Source: Octopus sinensis (taxonomy: Eukaryota). Taken from it: a stretch of 64,000 nt of DNA. The translations under genes were made by a program, and so were the position numbers. The notes beneath the pieces are model-generated. The model was given only the letters and a program-made list of their open reading frames with translations, ran no database searches and was not told the DNA's origin. Positions 36,996 to 51,174 of the stretch are shown in pieces. The stretch spans positions 110,918,001-110,982,000 of the forward strand of contig NC_043003.1 in the NCBI RefSeq assembly GCF_006345805.1. Direction: 5' to 3'. Each line of letters starts with the position of its first letter. Position 1 is the stretch's first letter.

Positions 36996-36999
36996 TGTA

Positions 37000-38025
37000 T
37001 ACAATGTGGTACCAAAAATTTCCCGGACTTGTTCTCTAACGCGTCAAGAGATGGCAGTACACGGTGGCGTGCGCGGTAATTGCTACTAGTGATCTTCATG
37101 AGGCAGTGTGTCCAATGACGTTGTTATGTTTACTTCGCAAGTTTCGAATTTCGTGTTTTTTGGTCACATGCATTCTGTAGTCTGTGATTTTGTCATGGAT
37201 AGGATCTTTGCACAAAGAGCCAACGTAAAATTTTGCGTTAAACTTGGTAAGTCTGCTACAGAGTTGTTGAGCATGCGTCGACAAGCTTACGGTGAAAAGA
37301 CAATGAGTCGTACGCAATGTTTCGATTGGCGCTGGCGCTTTAGAAGCAGAAGAACGTCCCTTGAAGACAAAGGGCGATGTGGATGACCTTCCACGTGCAT
37401 CACGCCCGGAAACGTAATCAGCTTGTGCATGAGAGTAATCGGATAACACTCAACGACGTTATTGGTGTTGACGGTCTGTCATATGGTTCAGTGCGGAAAA
37501 TTCTAATATCTGAATTGAAGATGCGGCGTATCTGTGCCAAGCTTGTCTCACGCATGCTGATCACCGAGCCAAGAAAACACCGCTTCGAAGTCTGCCAAGA
37601 ACTCCGCCAGAGTGCCGCAGATAACCCATCCTTCTTATCGAAGATCATGACCGGTGAGTTTGGTGTAAGGGTGCGAGCCTGAGACGAAACAGCAGTAGTA
37701 CATTGGAAGAGCCATTCTTCTCCACGATCGAAGAAGGCACAGCAGAGACTCAATCCAATCAAGAGCTCATCGTGTTTTCTCGAAATACGTGGTATTTTGC
37801 ATCGAGAATTCTCCCACCCCCACCCCACCTCACGGCCAGATTGTCAATCGAGAGTTTCGCTGCGACATCTTTGAAGCATTTGAGGGAAGGCATTCAGTGA
37901 AAGCGACCGGTATAACCCTGCGCCAGGTGACGACCTAGAATCAGATGTTGATAAAACTTAAGTAAATAAGATAACTATTTTTATTAAAGATAGCAAGTGC
38001 AGGAAGTTTTTGATACCACCACGTG
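37000..38025 (+). mobile_element. Internally deleted mariner (irritans-like)
   Basis: TIR-like ends TACAATGTGGTACCAAAAATTTCCCGGACT / AGTGCAGGAAGTTTTTGATACCACCACGTG. Protein QRANVKFCVKLGKSATE...RRICAKLVSRML...FLSKIMTG...PETKQQ. Confidence 0.85.
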
Positions 38026-38343
38026 TGTATGTACGTATGTATGTGTGTATGTGTGTATGTATGTGTGTATGTATGTATGTATGTGTGTATGTATGTATGT
38101 ATGTATGTATGTGTGTATGTACGTATGTATGTATGTAGGCAGGCAGGTAGGTAGGTATGTATGTATGTATGTATGTATGTATGTAGGTATGTATGTATGT
38201 ATGTATGTATGTATGTATGTAGGTATGTATGTATGTATGTATGTAGGCAGGCAGGCAGGTAGGTAGCTACGTATATATGTATCAATCCCTCTATCTATCT
38301 ATCTATCTCTCTCTCGCTCTCTCTCTCTCTCCCTCTCTTTATT

Positions 38344-38385
<42 letters not shown>

Positions 38386-38810
38386 TATATATACATACAT
38401 ACGACAAAGTCCCCTATAGGAATACTTCCAAAGAGCAAACTCCATGCTGGTCTTTCATTTTTTTCCATCCAAAATTTGGACTGGTTTTATCTATCATCAA
38501 ATTTAGAACCCTATTATTCGGTCTTCAACACGGTTTCTGGCACTGTATTCCACTCATATTTGGTTCTTTTCTTCTGACCCAGACAATATTAGAATATATG
38601 TTTTCAAGATGTCACCTGAAAGATATCTAACTTTTAACTAACGTACGGAAACAACATCTTTCGGCATACCTACAAGTAGAATTTCGTTGTAGCTTCCTGG
38701 ACTCATGTTTTTTAACATTTTGGTTGCTGTCTAATTGATTGTCTTTCTCGTGATATTACACGTACACTCGCGCGCACACACACAACACACAAAGCATATG
38801 TGTTCATATA

Positions 38811-38846
<36 letters not shown>

Positions 38847-39994
38847 CACCCACACACATACATACATGTATATGCAGAGAGAGATAGACTTCGACAGTGA
38901 CACAGATAGGGTGAGAGAGGTATTTCTCTAGTATATAAGTATGCTATCGCTTTATAACATTTAATATAGTTATTCTATCGTAAAATTTATTTAAAGCAAC
39001 TCATTCGCCATTTCCTTCGGGAACCGAACTCTCATTCCTTTCCGTTTGAGGAAATTCCTTTGGCCTTTCTTACGAAAAATTAGAATGTAACGAATGGTTA
39101 ACTGGAGAATTGTTTGGTTGTGTGACTATTGCGAATTGGTGCTACTTCTTACCGAGCCTTTCGTGGAATCTCTTCGAAAAGAATTCGTCTATCCATAATT
39201 CTATGTAACTTACTCACAAATGACTATTTAGGATAACACTTCACAAAAGAGTATGTGCATGCACGTATTTATTCATGTATGTATAGTAGTATTGGTATAA
39301 TTACACATATACATACAAACACTCAGACCCAGACTCGCACGTGCGCATACACACACACATATGTGTATATCTTTAAGAAGCTACTCTACGTGTGTGAGAG
39401 AGAATGTTATTGAAAGAAACAGAAACATACAAGCATGATTGCGTTCCACCGAAATGATAGAAGTAATTTTGATTCGTGTGTACGTGTATAAAGTGTGTCT
39501 TATATCTCCTCCTGGATTGATCTTATTACGTGTCTCATGTACTTTTGAGGAGCAGCTACAACTGAACTTCTGGTCAAATGCTTCCTTCTGATACATTTAT
39601 ATGTTTTGAGATGTTTACTGAGCTTCAAGGAGAACATATGATACTTTTAATATAGTTAGTGAAGTATGAGAGGAAGGGAGACTTGAAACCAAATAGTACG
39701 AAAGACGAAGCAGATTAAGTAAAATACAGAGTAGAAACGATTGTATAACGGAAGAAGTAGATCCGGTATAGCTCTTTTTTTATTAATGAACTTAACATAC
39801 TTTAAATATTCCTAGACCTTATAAATTAGTAGTGAAATGTTCCTTTATTCACTCACCACTGTCCTTTTTATGATATAAATGTATCCCTTTCTGTCTCTAT
39901 TTTTTCTCTCCCTATCGTTCTATCTCCCCTTCTCTGTATGCATATAGAAGAGGAATATAAAAACGTAGTCAATATCAATATTTTATTAATTGGC

Positions 39995-40430
39995 AAGTTG
40001 GCAGAATTCTTAACTCGCTGTCCTTACGCTTTGAGTTCGATTTCGCATTTCATCCTTTCGACGTTAATAAAATAAGCACCTGTTGAGCGTGAAATTGCTG
40101 ATCTTGTGCCAAACTTTGAAATCAATATTGATATTGTATAAGGCATGGAGCTGGCAGAATTGTTACGGCACAGGCTAAATGCTTAGCGCCATCTCTTCCG
40201 TTTTTACTGGTTGAGTTCAAATGCCGCCGGTGTCAACTTTGCCTTTCAAAATTTCGGAGTCGATAAATTAGGTACCAACTGACATCTGGAGCTGATACTC
40301 CTTTCCCCGAAATTGATCACTTTGTGCTAAAATTTGAAGCCAATAGTTATGCTATATTTATTATTCTTTTCTACTCTAGGCACAAGACGCGAAATTTTGG
40401 GGGAGTGGGCCAGTGGATTAGATCGATGTT
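39995..40430. mobile_element. Cluster of SINE family B copies (two tandem on +, one tail on -)
   Basis: GGCAAGTTGGCAGAAT at ~40012, AAGGCATGGAGCTGGCAGAAT at 40140, and tail CTACTCTAGGCACAAG..CGAAATTTTGGGGGAG at ~40371. Confidence 0.8.
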
Positions 40431-40434
40431 GGCA

Positions 40435-41172
40435 ACTATAAACGATAGCAAAAAATCTGAGCGAAATACAGCATCAGCACGTTAACCAAATATTGTGAAA
40501 CTATATAACAAACACATTGGAGATATCATTCTAATTCACAAATTGAGAATTCATTATCGAATTAGAATACGATCAAGAAAATGGTACTGGCCTTTGTTTA
40601 GGTTTTGCTTCAACGGCATCATTGTAAATTTATTCCGCTGCATTCAGAGGAATATTTCTCTACTGGAAATTATAGGGCAAATAATTACTGCATTGCTTGC
40701 TGCACCAGAATTAGAAAAGAAAATAGTGGTACGTCGCAAAACAAAGAAGCAAGTTCCGCAAAGGTCACGTTTCGATAAGAGAAACCACCTTGTCAAGAAA
40801 ATTGAAACTCAAAGGCGGTGCGCAGTTCTGGAAAATGCATCAAATGTGTTTGCATCAAATGCAATGTAGGCCTACATCTTGACACATGCTTTATTCATTT
40901 TCATCAATAAATGGTATTCCTCTTAGCAATATTATATTTACTTATCATCAAAACTTTTTTGTAAAAAAATGAGATTAAAAACTGTTTTCCTAATCCTTAT
41001 TTCAAAATGTTAACCCTATATACATAGCGTATGAAACATCATAAAAATCTAAAAAATAACTGTACTATTATGAAATTCACAAAATGTTGTTGTGAACATA
41101 AAAGTATACAACCTATGTGAATATAATAAAAAAACTTCATTTTTTAATAAATTTCGGGCATTAATGGGTTAA
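40435..41172 (+). mobile_element. piggyBac 3' remnant: transposase C-terminus, terminal GGG and TTAA
   Basis: KLYNKH.G...YRIRIRSRKWYWPLF...RFDKRNH....QRRCA and CIKCNVGLHLDTCFIHFH* (cysteine-rich domain). The element ends ...ATGGG|TTAA at 41166-41172. Confidence 0.85.
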
Positions 41173-41889
41173 GGCGCCTGGTTGCATTTGAAAGAATTTA
41201 GGTTGTAATGTTAGCATCTCCAGGAAATCTGTATCAATGTGCCAGAGAAATTCGTCATATTTCTGTCTGCTATAATTATTGAAAGATCATATAATACATC
41301 ATATGTTCAGTCACTCAGTGTTTACCAATGATGGGTTTTTGACAATATAAAATTAATCAAATAAAGTTAATAGGACGAATCCTTACATCTCTGACAAAAC
41401 ACAATGGATATATAGGCAGTCATTAGTTATTCTTGCATTTCGGACGCAAAGTAATGTTCTGACCATTAAGTCATGTTTACTAATATATATAAATATAAGA
41501 ACTTTATTGGAATCCAAATTAAGACGTTTCTTCTAGAAATAAGGTATTTGGTATTTGTAATGTGAAACATGATACCTTGCAGCGATAAACTGAATCTACG
41601 ATATATTTCAATTATTATTCTATTTTTAAAGTATTGATATAATTATTTCTTGCTTTGTTATTTGTAACATATCTCCCTTTACTTTTAAAACGAAGCTAGC
41701 AATTTGGAGGTTAGCGCACCATCAATTCACAGTTACTTTAATTTTATCGATTCCGAAATGAAGAAAAATATAGATGAGGAGGGTTTTAAACTCAGAACGA
41801 AAAGTGTTTAAGCAATGCCGCTATCCTTTGTGTCCAACGCGCTAAAAATTCTAAAACAAATAAACGTTCGATGTTTCTCTGAGACTTAA

Positions 41890-42400
41890 ATTTCGGATCT
41901 GTGAGCCTCACAAATGCTGATCCCTTGTGGCTTCATTCGGCTTCCACTTATTGTCATGTCATAACAGTGCTGGCCATCTACGCCATGCTCAACCCACTAA
42001 GATCATAAAACATGGCCCAGATGCCGCAGGTTTCCGTTCCCATTTCGAGTGATAGAGCTGGACACAGAAGTCGGTAAAAAGCCGGATGGTGTGGTAATTT
42101 TCCCGTTCCGTGATGGTAGACCTTTCATCTGGGATGCCATACTTACTCCAGCAGCAACGTAGCGCGTTCGGCAACCAGCCCAGGTTTCGCTACTCGTGAA
42201 GCCCAGAAGGGCAAACTGCCAAAGTATTGAACTCACTCTGACAGATTTGTGACCGCGTCTGTAGAAGGTGAGACATCCGGCCTTCTTGGCCCCGAACTAT
42301 ATCCTTGGTCACTGTTTTCGGAGAAGCGATGGCTATCTGCATGAGCGCCTTCCTCGCCATCCTCCGGGGAAACGCCTTTTCCATTTTTTTCCGCCTGGAC
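41890..42400 (+). mobile_element. CRE-like non-LTR retrotransposon 3' remnant (zinc knuckle and REL endonuclease)
   Basis: CEPHKC*SLVASFGFHLLSCHNSAGHLRHA, then KPDGVVIFPFRDGRPFIWDA, GFATREAQKGKLPKY, ETSGLLGP and RGNAFSI. These match CRE-clade C-terminal motifs. Confidence 0.75.
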
Positions 42401-43218
42401 CATGAGGCAGACTGACAAGAACTCTTAGTTACAGCTGTAAATTGCTTTCGAAAAAAATGCCACACCCATTTCCTGACAATTTATGACTTATCTAATCTTT
42501 ATGATGTTTTCTTAGCACTTAGCACCATAATATAGAAGAATAAAATAATAAAAACACTGTATGTAAAGTATGCTGTGCATTTTGGTATTTCATGCTAAAG
42601 ATTGCACAGACTATTTGGAAGAAGGCTTTCTGATACATCTCTTAGATCTAGTAATTGCAAAGTCAATTTCCTGTTGGCTTGTGATTGGCGTAGTTTTACT
42701 CGTTGATTACTAGTTTATCCAGTTCCTAAATAGTCGATGTATTTATTTTGACATAATCTGATGTTACTGGAGTTATGGTTTAATTGTATTGGTCTTTGAT
42801 AAATAAACGCATCCGATATCATAATATAAGTGGAAAGAGCGTAACTCTCGTGTTTTGTTCCTGTCGTAATATTGTTTTTCATGTCTATTTGTAAACGTAT
42901 TATTTTACAAGGATGCGTCTATAGTTTTGGTATGACGATGTGTAACCTGACAATTTTATTCTGATGTGTATGTGATGTGGCAGTTGTTAGAGTCGGTTGT
43001 GCGGATAATTCCTGTTTAATTTCTATTTATGTCTGCTCATGTTTTAAGTTGGAAACGCTTTATGCTGGTTTCTGTGTTCTGCGATTTATTTTCGATTTCA
43101 TTACCCTTTTGTTGTTTTTAACGATTCTATGATTTCTACAAACTCAATACCGAGTGGGATAGGTTAGTTGTTAGCGTCTACTTTTTCATCGTATACATTA
43201 CAGCGATTATGTTTATTC

Positions 43219-43271
<53 letters not shown>

Positions 43272-45893
43272 AAGTACAAGGAATAGGGTTGAAATAGCTA
43301 GAGGTCTACTGCAAAAACCGACGAGTGGCCAGCCTATTGTTGTATGTGTAAGAGTTGGTGTACATCGTTTAGAACATAACGAGAGGTATGTTTTTTTTAT
43401 TCATTCTGTGTTTGGGTCTGTAAAGTTTCTCAGTACCATTGCTTAGATACCTTTGATTGTTGGTACATATAATCCAGTGGGTTGATATACACGTTGCTGC
43501 ATCATTATATTTCTATTATCCTCATTTCTTTTGAATACTTTGTTATCTTATATAATATTGGACGTTGTTAATGCTGGAATGTAATTTTCATTATTTAGTT
43601 GCACCTACGATTTGATGTATGCAATGTCTTATAGGAATTTGTTTTGGAAATTAATTGGAAATGTGATGGACATGCACTTTGTTTCATATAATGCATGACA
43701 GATACGTAATATGTGGCGAAGGAAGATATTGTCCTTTCATAAATGTGTTCCTTTCATTATATACATTTTGTATCGTAGCATTCCTGAATTTCTTATATTC
43801 GTTTAAGTAGCGTATGTTAGATTTCGTAGTTTGATGACAATGTTTTGAAAGACGACTCAATGTTTAGGTTTGTTGTTTAAATTCAGTAGAAAAGTAGAAA
43901 TGTAATACTTGCCATATCATTACTTCGTAATTTATAGTTCCTTTATATGTATAAATGCTTCTTGTTTCATATTGCCTTTACATATGTATGCGAGTATTTT
44001 CGCTGTTTCATGCATAGCTAACACGCCAGGGCTGTTTACATTTTTCATGTTTAACCGCGGAATTTATTTACACCCAACATCTACGATTTTCTATAACGAA
44101 AGTATATCCTTCACAAACAAAACACAAAACTTTATCAAGTTATGAGAAACCGGTCTGCATTACTGACACGAGTAAGTTAGCCAAAATATTTAACAATTGT
44201 AAAAGTCTAGCATGTAAAAATCTAGTAGGAGGTTTCCTTGCTACTACTTCTATTTGCTCGATTTACTGGTAATACTTCAGTTTTCAATAACCTTAGAGCA
44301 AGTGGGACCGTATACTGGCTAGATACAAACGTATTAAAGGGATGCAATTTATCTAAACCAAGAAGCGTGGTGGAATCAAACGCCCACTGCACTGGAATTG
44401 GAAATTAGTATGATTAATATACAAAGTAATTTATTTAGAAGATTTATTTCAGTACTATGATTTTTCAGACATTTCAATAAATCTGGCATGCTTCTCCCTC
44501 AATTTGAATACAACTGCTTTCATTAGGTGTAGTCCTGTGGTTATTTGAAATTATAGTTTACGTTTTAGTATTTATATGAAATTTAATATGCCATATAACA
44601 AGCGGAAGCTATAATTTAGAACTGAAACGTTACATGAAATATTAAATCAATCAAAAGTAAAAGGCAATAGAGCGGTTAATTTATATGCAGATTCTTGTTT
44701 CTATCATCGACGTTAATAAGGTAAAAATATGCATACTGTCGAGGTTAATCTACAAAATGTATGTGGCGAAATACAAGATCATTTATAGACTAATTTATAA
44801 CCAATAAAAGAACATAAGCTCACACTTAGGAAGCAATTACCAGATTATATACCATGCTACGTTAATGACTAAATATCTTTCAGAACAGTATGTTGAATGA
44901 ATATGCATCAACTGACGTCAACTGACACGGTTCTTTGATATTTTGTTACATTTTCGAGAAGACGAACGTGTTTATACATCGGTTCTGTTCCAGCTTGTGC
45001 AAAATACAGTAAGTTGTCTAGCAAAACAGATCATTTTCAAAGCTGAACGTGTCTTCTGTCCAGTAATGCAACAAGAATTTATTGATTTGTTGTATTTCAC
45101 CTCGATAAGTCAAATAAATCAAGTGTTCGGCGAAACAAAAGGATATTAGTGATAAAACAGAACAAGCCAAAAGTTATATTGTGTTACAGATAGTTTCATT
45201 TATTATTGAATTTAGCAGCTTCAATTTATTAATAGTTTATGGGATTAGGTATGTTAGAAAGATGCATATACATATGAACGTATCTGATACTATGGATATG
45301 TACACACACATACTAACATCTACATATATATCTAATAGGCTTTCTGTGAAATTATCATATAGATGCTGCCCCACTATATCTGAGATACTTGTAATTGCTT
45401 CGTGTAATTTATACGCATCCACAATTTTTTAAAGTCTACGTCTAAGTTTTCGAAGTGTTTACTTTAGGTACTACGGGATTCTCATTATCATTTCTACGTG
45501 TGCCTGATAGCCTCTACCATGGGTTTTAATGTATTGACGACGAACTGAATCAATATGAAAGCGAAGTCGTTGAATTTTCTACGGACAAATGAAAACCTTA
45601 ATTACAACGAGCACGACATACTATGCCACAGCTGAAGTGCAGATACACTCAATCGGAAGATCTACTTATTTTCTGGCTACACAGTTTCTGTAACAATGTG
45701 TGCACCGATTCGAATTAGTTTTCAATCACTTGCCAAGGATAAAAGGACCGACATAGAAGGACCGACACCAGCATCATATTCTCATCCAACGAATTCTTTA
45801 ATTATTCTGCCAGATTTGACAGGGCGTACGTTTGTAAGCATGTATGTATGCAAGTATGAATGTATGTAAGGATGTATGTATATATGCAATATA

Positions 45894-47136
45894 CGAGGGG
45901 CGTTCAATAAGTAATGCCCCTGACCCACTTCCCATAGCAGTAGAGCAATGAAATTTGGCACAGTTATTCGTCTTTTTCTACATAAAAACCACATAGAGTT
46001 ACGCATTTCTCCCATCGTTTGATGCAGCTCTGGAGACCGTTTTTGTAGAAGACCCCAGCTTGCTCCTCCAACCACGACGTGACTTCAGAAATCAAGGCTG
46101 CATCATCTGGGAAACGCTTTCCTTTCAAAAACAACTTCATGACTGGGAAGAGGTGAAAATCAGAGGGTGCAAGGTCAGGAGAGTAGGGGGATGCCTGTGC
46201 TTCTGATCTGGTGACACGCGAGTTGTGGACCGGAGCGTTGTCCTGCAGCAGGAGGATGCCTTTGTTGATCTTACCTCGCCTCTTGATTTTGATAGCTTCT
46301 CTTAATTTCTTCAAAAGTGAAGCATAATAGGCTCCTGTAATTGTGGTATCCTTTGCCAGGAAACCTGTCATCATTACTCCGTCCTGGTCCCAGAAGACTG
46401 TGAGCATGACCTTACCAGCGGAGGGCTGCTTGCCTTCTTTGGAGGAGGTGAGTCACGGTGCTTCCACTGCATTGACTGGGCTTTGGTCTCTGGATCATAG
46501 TGATGGACCCAGGTTTCATCCTGTGTAATCAGACTTTTGAAAAATTTTGACTCATCTTCTTGGCACATCTCCAAATTCATCTTCAAGCACTCGATGCGTT
46601 CTTGCTCCTGGAAAGGTGTGAGCAACCTGGGAATCCATTTGGCAGACACCTTTTGCATGTGCAGATGGTCATGAATGATAGTTTCCACAGACCCGGTATT
46701 AATCTTGACCTCATGGGCTATTTGGCGAATAGTTATGCGTCGATCTTCCAAAATGGCAGCCTCAACTTGACGGACAGATGCCTCATCAATGGCAGAAGCG
46801 GGTGACCAGATCCGGGAGCTGTTTCCACAGAGTTCCGACCATGTTTGAATTCACTATGCCAGGGTTTTACAAGATCATATGATGGGGCATCATCACCATA
46901 AGTCTTCCGTGGTGTGCGTCCTTTCAAATACAAAAACCGGATCACTGCTCGCCATTCAACAGTCTCCATTTCACACTTGACTCAGTTCAAACACCTGTAA
47001 ATCAGAAACCACAATTATTTCAGAGCTGTAATTTGCCACTTAATTTATAAAAATATAATTAATTGCACATGCAAAATTTCAGCTAGATCAAACAAATGCA
47101 AGTAGGTCAGAGGCATTACTTATTGAACGTCCCTCG
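45894..47136 (-). mobile_element. Near-complete mariner (irritans-like, D,D34D-type motifs) with TIRs and TA target duplication
   Basis: TIRs CGAGGGGCGTTCAATAAGTAATGCCCCTGACC / GGTCAGAGGCATTACTTATTGAACGTCCCTCG, flanked by TA on both sides. Confidence 0.95.
45964..46969 (-). pseudogene. Mariner transposase, frameshifted with small deletions
   Basis: METVEWRAVIRFL, KWIPRLLT, ITQDETWVHHYDPETK, LLQDNAPVH and YSPDLAPSDFHLF across three frames. Confidence 0.92.
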
Positions 47137-47138
47137 TA

Positions 47139-48125
47139 TATTAGATCATCCAATATATAATGCGGCTTTTTTCCATTTTATTAACTAAAAGTCGAAGTGG
47201 GGACGGTATAAACTACCTGCATCACTTGCAATGAAGGCAGGTAATAATTTCACACTGTCCTTATTTTTAGTGCAAACTTTGAAGTGTGCAGTTCGATTTT
47301 GATAGTTATTTTTTCAAAACTATAAAAGCAGTGACAAAGGAGCATATTCGGCATATTTTGATTTATGAGTTCAATAATGGCAACAACGTAATGGAAAGAC
47401 CCAGGAATATTAGCACAGTATATGGGGATCGGACAATAAGTGTAGCCCGTTTCGACGGTGGTTCCAGAAATTCCGAGCCCGGAAATACAGCCTAGAAAGC
47501 GAGCTGCGTCCTGGAAAATATGTAGAGCTCGAGGCAGACGTCCTGCAAAATCTAGTAGAACAAAACCCCATCATTACTGTAGAGAACCTAGCAGAGAAGC
47601 TTGGATTTGGTCATTCAACCATTCATTGAACATCTGTGTGCCATCGGGAAAGTCAGCGAATTGGATCAATGGATTCTTCAGAAACTTTCCGAGTGTAATC
47701 GCGCGCGGAGCGTGCATGTGTGCACTTCTTTGTTGTCACGTCTCACAAATGAACCTTTTTTGGACCGAATAGGGACTGGAGACCAGAAATGGGTTCTCTA
47801 TAGAAATATCCGGCGCTGGAGACAGTGTGATGGGAAAGGAGTAATAGCGCCACACCATGCTTCTTCGACATAGGGTGTTGTTATCTCTTTGGTGGGATAT
47901 AAACGTTAAGTTCACGTAGAACTTTTAAACCCAAAACAAACGATAACAAAGGAGATCTAATACGAGCAGCTTGAGAGGCTTAGGTCAGCGCTAGAAGAAA
48001 AACATCCATCTTTGTCTATTCCATCCGGCCACATCCATCGAAGATGACATTCCAAAGGCGTAAGCATTTTCAATGGGAAACGATGTACCACTCACCATAA
48101 TCGTCGGCATTGCTCTATAAGATTG
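47139..48125 (+). mobile_element. Degenerate, 3'-truncated mariner (Hsmar1/cecropia- or mellifera-like)
   Basis: Starts TATTAGATCATCCAATATATAATGCGG. Protein TKEHIRHILIYEF, WFQKFRAGNYSLE and EPFLDRIGTGDQKWVLY. Confidence 0.85.
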
Positions 48126-48130
48126 TCATG

Positions 48131-48171
<41 letters not shown>

Positions 48172-48249
48172 ATATATATATATATATACACAGCGATTCA
48201 CTTTGACAGACATTAAAACACACGTGACAGGCATTCAAGTTTCTTCTAC

Positions 48250-48560
48250 CTCTTTGCCGTTTGGTACCTGATTCTGAGAGGATGTTTATGGGAACAATCA
48301 TAGGTCTTTTAAGGCCAGATATCGTCTTACAAGTTTTTCTGACATATAACACAGGTTGTAAGACTCGGGTGGGGTTCAATATTAACATCTCCCAGAGGAT
48401 TTCGATTTTCATAACTTCATATGGTTCAGGCATCCTGCTTTAGACAGCAGAAGACGATCACACTTAATACATATCCAATGTTAACTGTTGATTGTAGTTC
48501 CAACATTTCTTTTCCGACGGCCCCTTTTAAGTTCAGGGAAAGGTAGAAATATTGTGTGAA
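48250..48560 (-). pseudogene. Degenerate LINE RT fragment (RTE-like)
   Basis: The minus-strand segment LLSKAGCPEPY resembles the RTE pattern L.K.GCP.K. Otherwise heavily decayed. Confidence 0.35.
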
Positions 48561-48699
48561 GGATATCCCGAGCAAACTAGATGTGAACAAAAGTGATTGG
48601 GAATATGTGTGTGTGTATGTTTTTATGCATGTATCATCATCATCATCATCGTTATCATCATGATAGTTATCATCATCACCATCACCACGACCACCATCA

Positions 48700-49376
48700 T
48701 CATCATAGTCATCATTATCGTTTAACGTCCATTTACCATGGGTTGCACGGTTTGAAAGGAGCTGGCCAGACTTCAATTGTCTTTGTGAAATGGTTCCTAC
48801 GACTGGATACTCTTCCTTATTCCAATCACTTGACAGATAATGGAGGGTGCTTTTTATGTGCCACTGGCATAGGCGCCACTGGCATAGGCGCGTTCACGCA
48901 ATGCGGGCGAGATTGCCCATTACGAGGCGCCGGCACTTGTATGTGACAAGCCTGAATGTATGGATGACAGCGATTTTACTAGGCTTGGTGCGTTTTGTTA
49001 GGTACAGCAAATCCCTACATTTCCCGGTCCCTTGTCATTTCCCCGGTGAGGCCCAGGTTCTGAAGAACCTTTGTCGCCACATCGTGCCACGCCTTCTTGG
49101 ATCTACCCTTCCCGCTGAAGCTGTTTTCATCCATAGGCATTGCAGGGACAATCTAGCCCAGTCTTCGCGCTTGCGCACAACGTCCGATGCCTTTTATTCC
49201 CAGCTTCTTCTTACATCATTTACATTGTGTTGTGTGTGTACATTGACATTACCCATCCAGCGGAGGATGCCAGCTCATTTCATTTAGGCCTTCGTAAGTC
49301 CTCTATAATCAAAGACCATGTTTCACTGCCATGCAGCATAGATGTACGTACACAGGCATCATACATTCTACCTTTC

Positions 49377-49380
<4 letters not shown>
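48700..49380 (-). mobile_element. RTE-type LINE 3' remnant with (GAT)n tail region
   Basis: Minus strand reads VKGRMYDACVRTSMLHGSETWSL..., followed by a frameshifted RTE C-terminus and a 3' UTR ending GGACGTTAAACGATAATGATGA. Confidence 0.75.
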
Positions 49381-49460
<80 letters not shown>

Positions 49461-50073
49461 GCCTGCTAGTACAGAGAGAACATATAAAACAGAATTATAT
49501 ATATTCTTTCTATTTAAATCGCAGAAGTTACAAGATAACTCAATGAAGAAGCGTTTTGATCAAAGCATGCACAATCCCGCGGCTCTTGAGTTAATTCACA
49601 ATTTCTTTCGACTAAATTTGATGTACTTACTCACATGCTCTCTTTCTCTCTTCATCTCTCTCACTCTCTCACACACACACATACATACACACACATACAC
49701 ACATGCACACACTCGCATGTGTACATATGCAAATATGTAGTTTAGAATAAACATGCATATACGAGATATTAATTGATTATGATAAAAATTTAGTTGTCAA
49801 ACGATTAACTTTATATGTCAGAGTGCAACAGAGAACACATATTTAAAAGAATATATTTCCAATAATAACCCCCGTTTATCTAGCGCAGCCAATAGCTTAT
49901 AATAAGACCTATTAACCTTTAGATGTAAGGGGAAAATATATTCATTTATTGGCAAAACAAAATTCTAAGTATGATCGATATAACTAAATGCGTTTCTTAC
50001 TAGACACACACACACATACACACTCACCCAATCCCCTATATAACATATATATATAAATATATAAATATCTAAA

Positions 50074-50175
<102 letters not shown>

Positions 50176-51174
50176 TGTGTGTGTGTGAGAGTGTGTATGT
50201 ATACATAAAAACATACTCACATTTTTGTATCATAATTTAAGCTTTCTTTTCAATCTTGAGTATCAAAACCTTGTCTAACCAAAATATCTTTCAAACTAAC
50301 TGACTTTTGACATTTAATTGTTCCGTGAAAGGATATTTGTTTCCCATCTGAAGGCGCAGTTTGGTTTTACGATTGAAATGCGTGACTACATTTTCCTGCA
50401 TATATTTACATTAAAAAGAAAAATAGTGGGACAACTTAGAAAATATGCCATAAAATAATTACTTTTATTTCTAATGTATCAGTTATAATTGTCATTAACG
50501 TCGTTAGTGTTTTTGCCCCAGGGCAGCCCTTTAGTTTCCAAAGAATTTAATTCATCATCATATCCTCTGTTCATGTTTTTCTTTTACATTTGAAAGCATT
50601 CTGTATGAAATAATGTTGGGTTTTTTTAAGATTGTAAAGAAAATATTATTTGAAGGAAAATCTAAAGGTGACAAGATATTTCACTGGAGACAGAGTCGTA
50701 TTTCATTTCTTGTGATGTCTATAGCTTTTGGGTAATAAAATCCGTTTCCAATAAATTTGCTTTGGCCATAATAAGGTACTGCCTTAATAGAGAACTGTCC
50801 GAATCATGAAAGCAAACCGAATTATTGAACATAACGATAAATCCGAAATTTTCAACGTAAAGATTACTGCAGTTGGAAGTATATATTGGGTGCATATGAT
50901 AATTGTTTAGTACTACATCACTCGAAAATTCTAACAAATTCAATATATTTTACTCATTTAGGTCCTAGCTTACGGTAATAACCAGTCTAATAAATACAAT
51001 GTACAGGATAATTAATATCATTTCTACTAACGACACATTTGTAATCGCCTAGTCCCCTCCGCCAAAATTGCAAACAAAGAAACCGGATTAAAGTAAGGTT
51101 GCTGACAAGCAGTTCATTAATTTATGAAATAGCTCAAAATCATTCCTTTCAGATATTGGCACAAGGTAACAATT

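Noticed and set aside
42550-44150. Strand-skewed region as an old LINE RT remnant (e.g. KYIDYLG on the minus strand)
   Set aside because: Only one weak motif among many stops. Insufficient.
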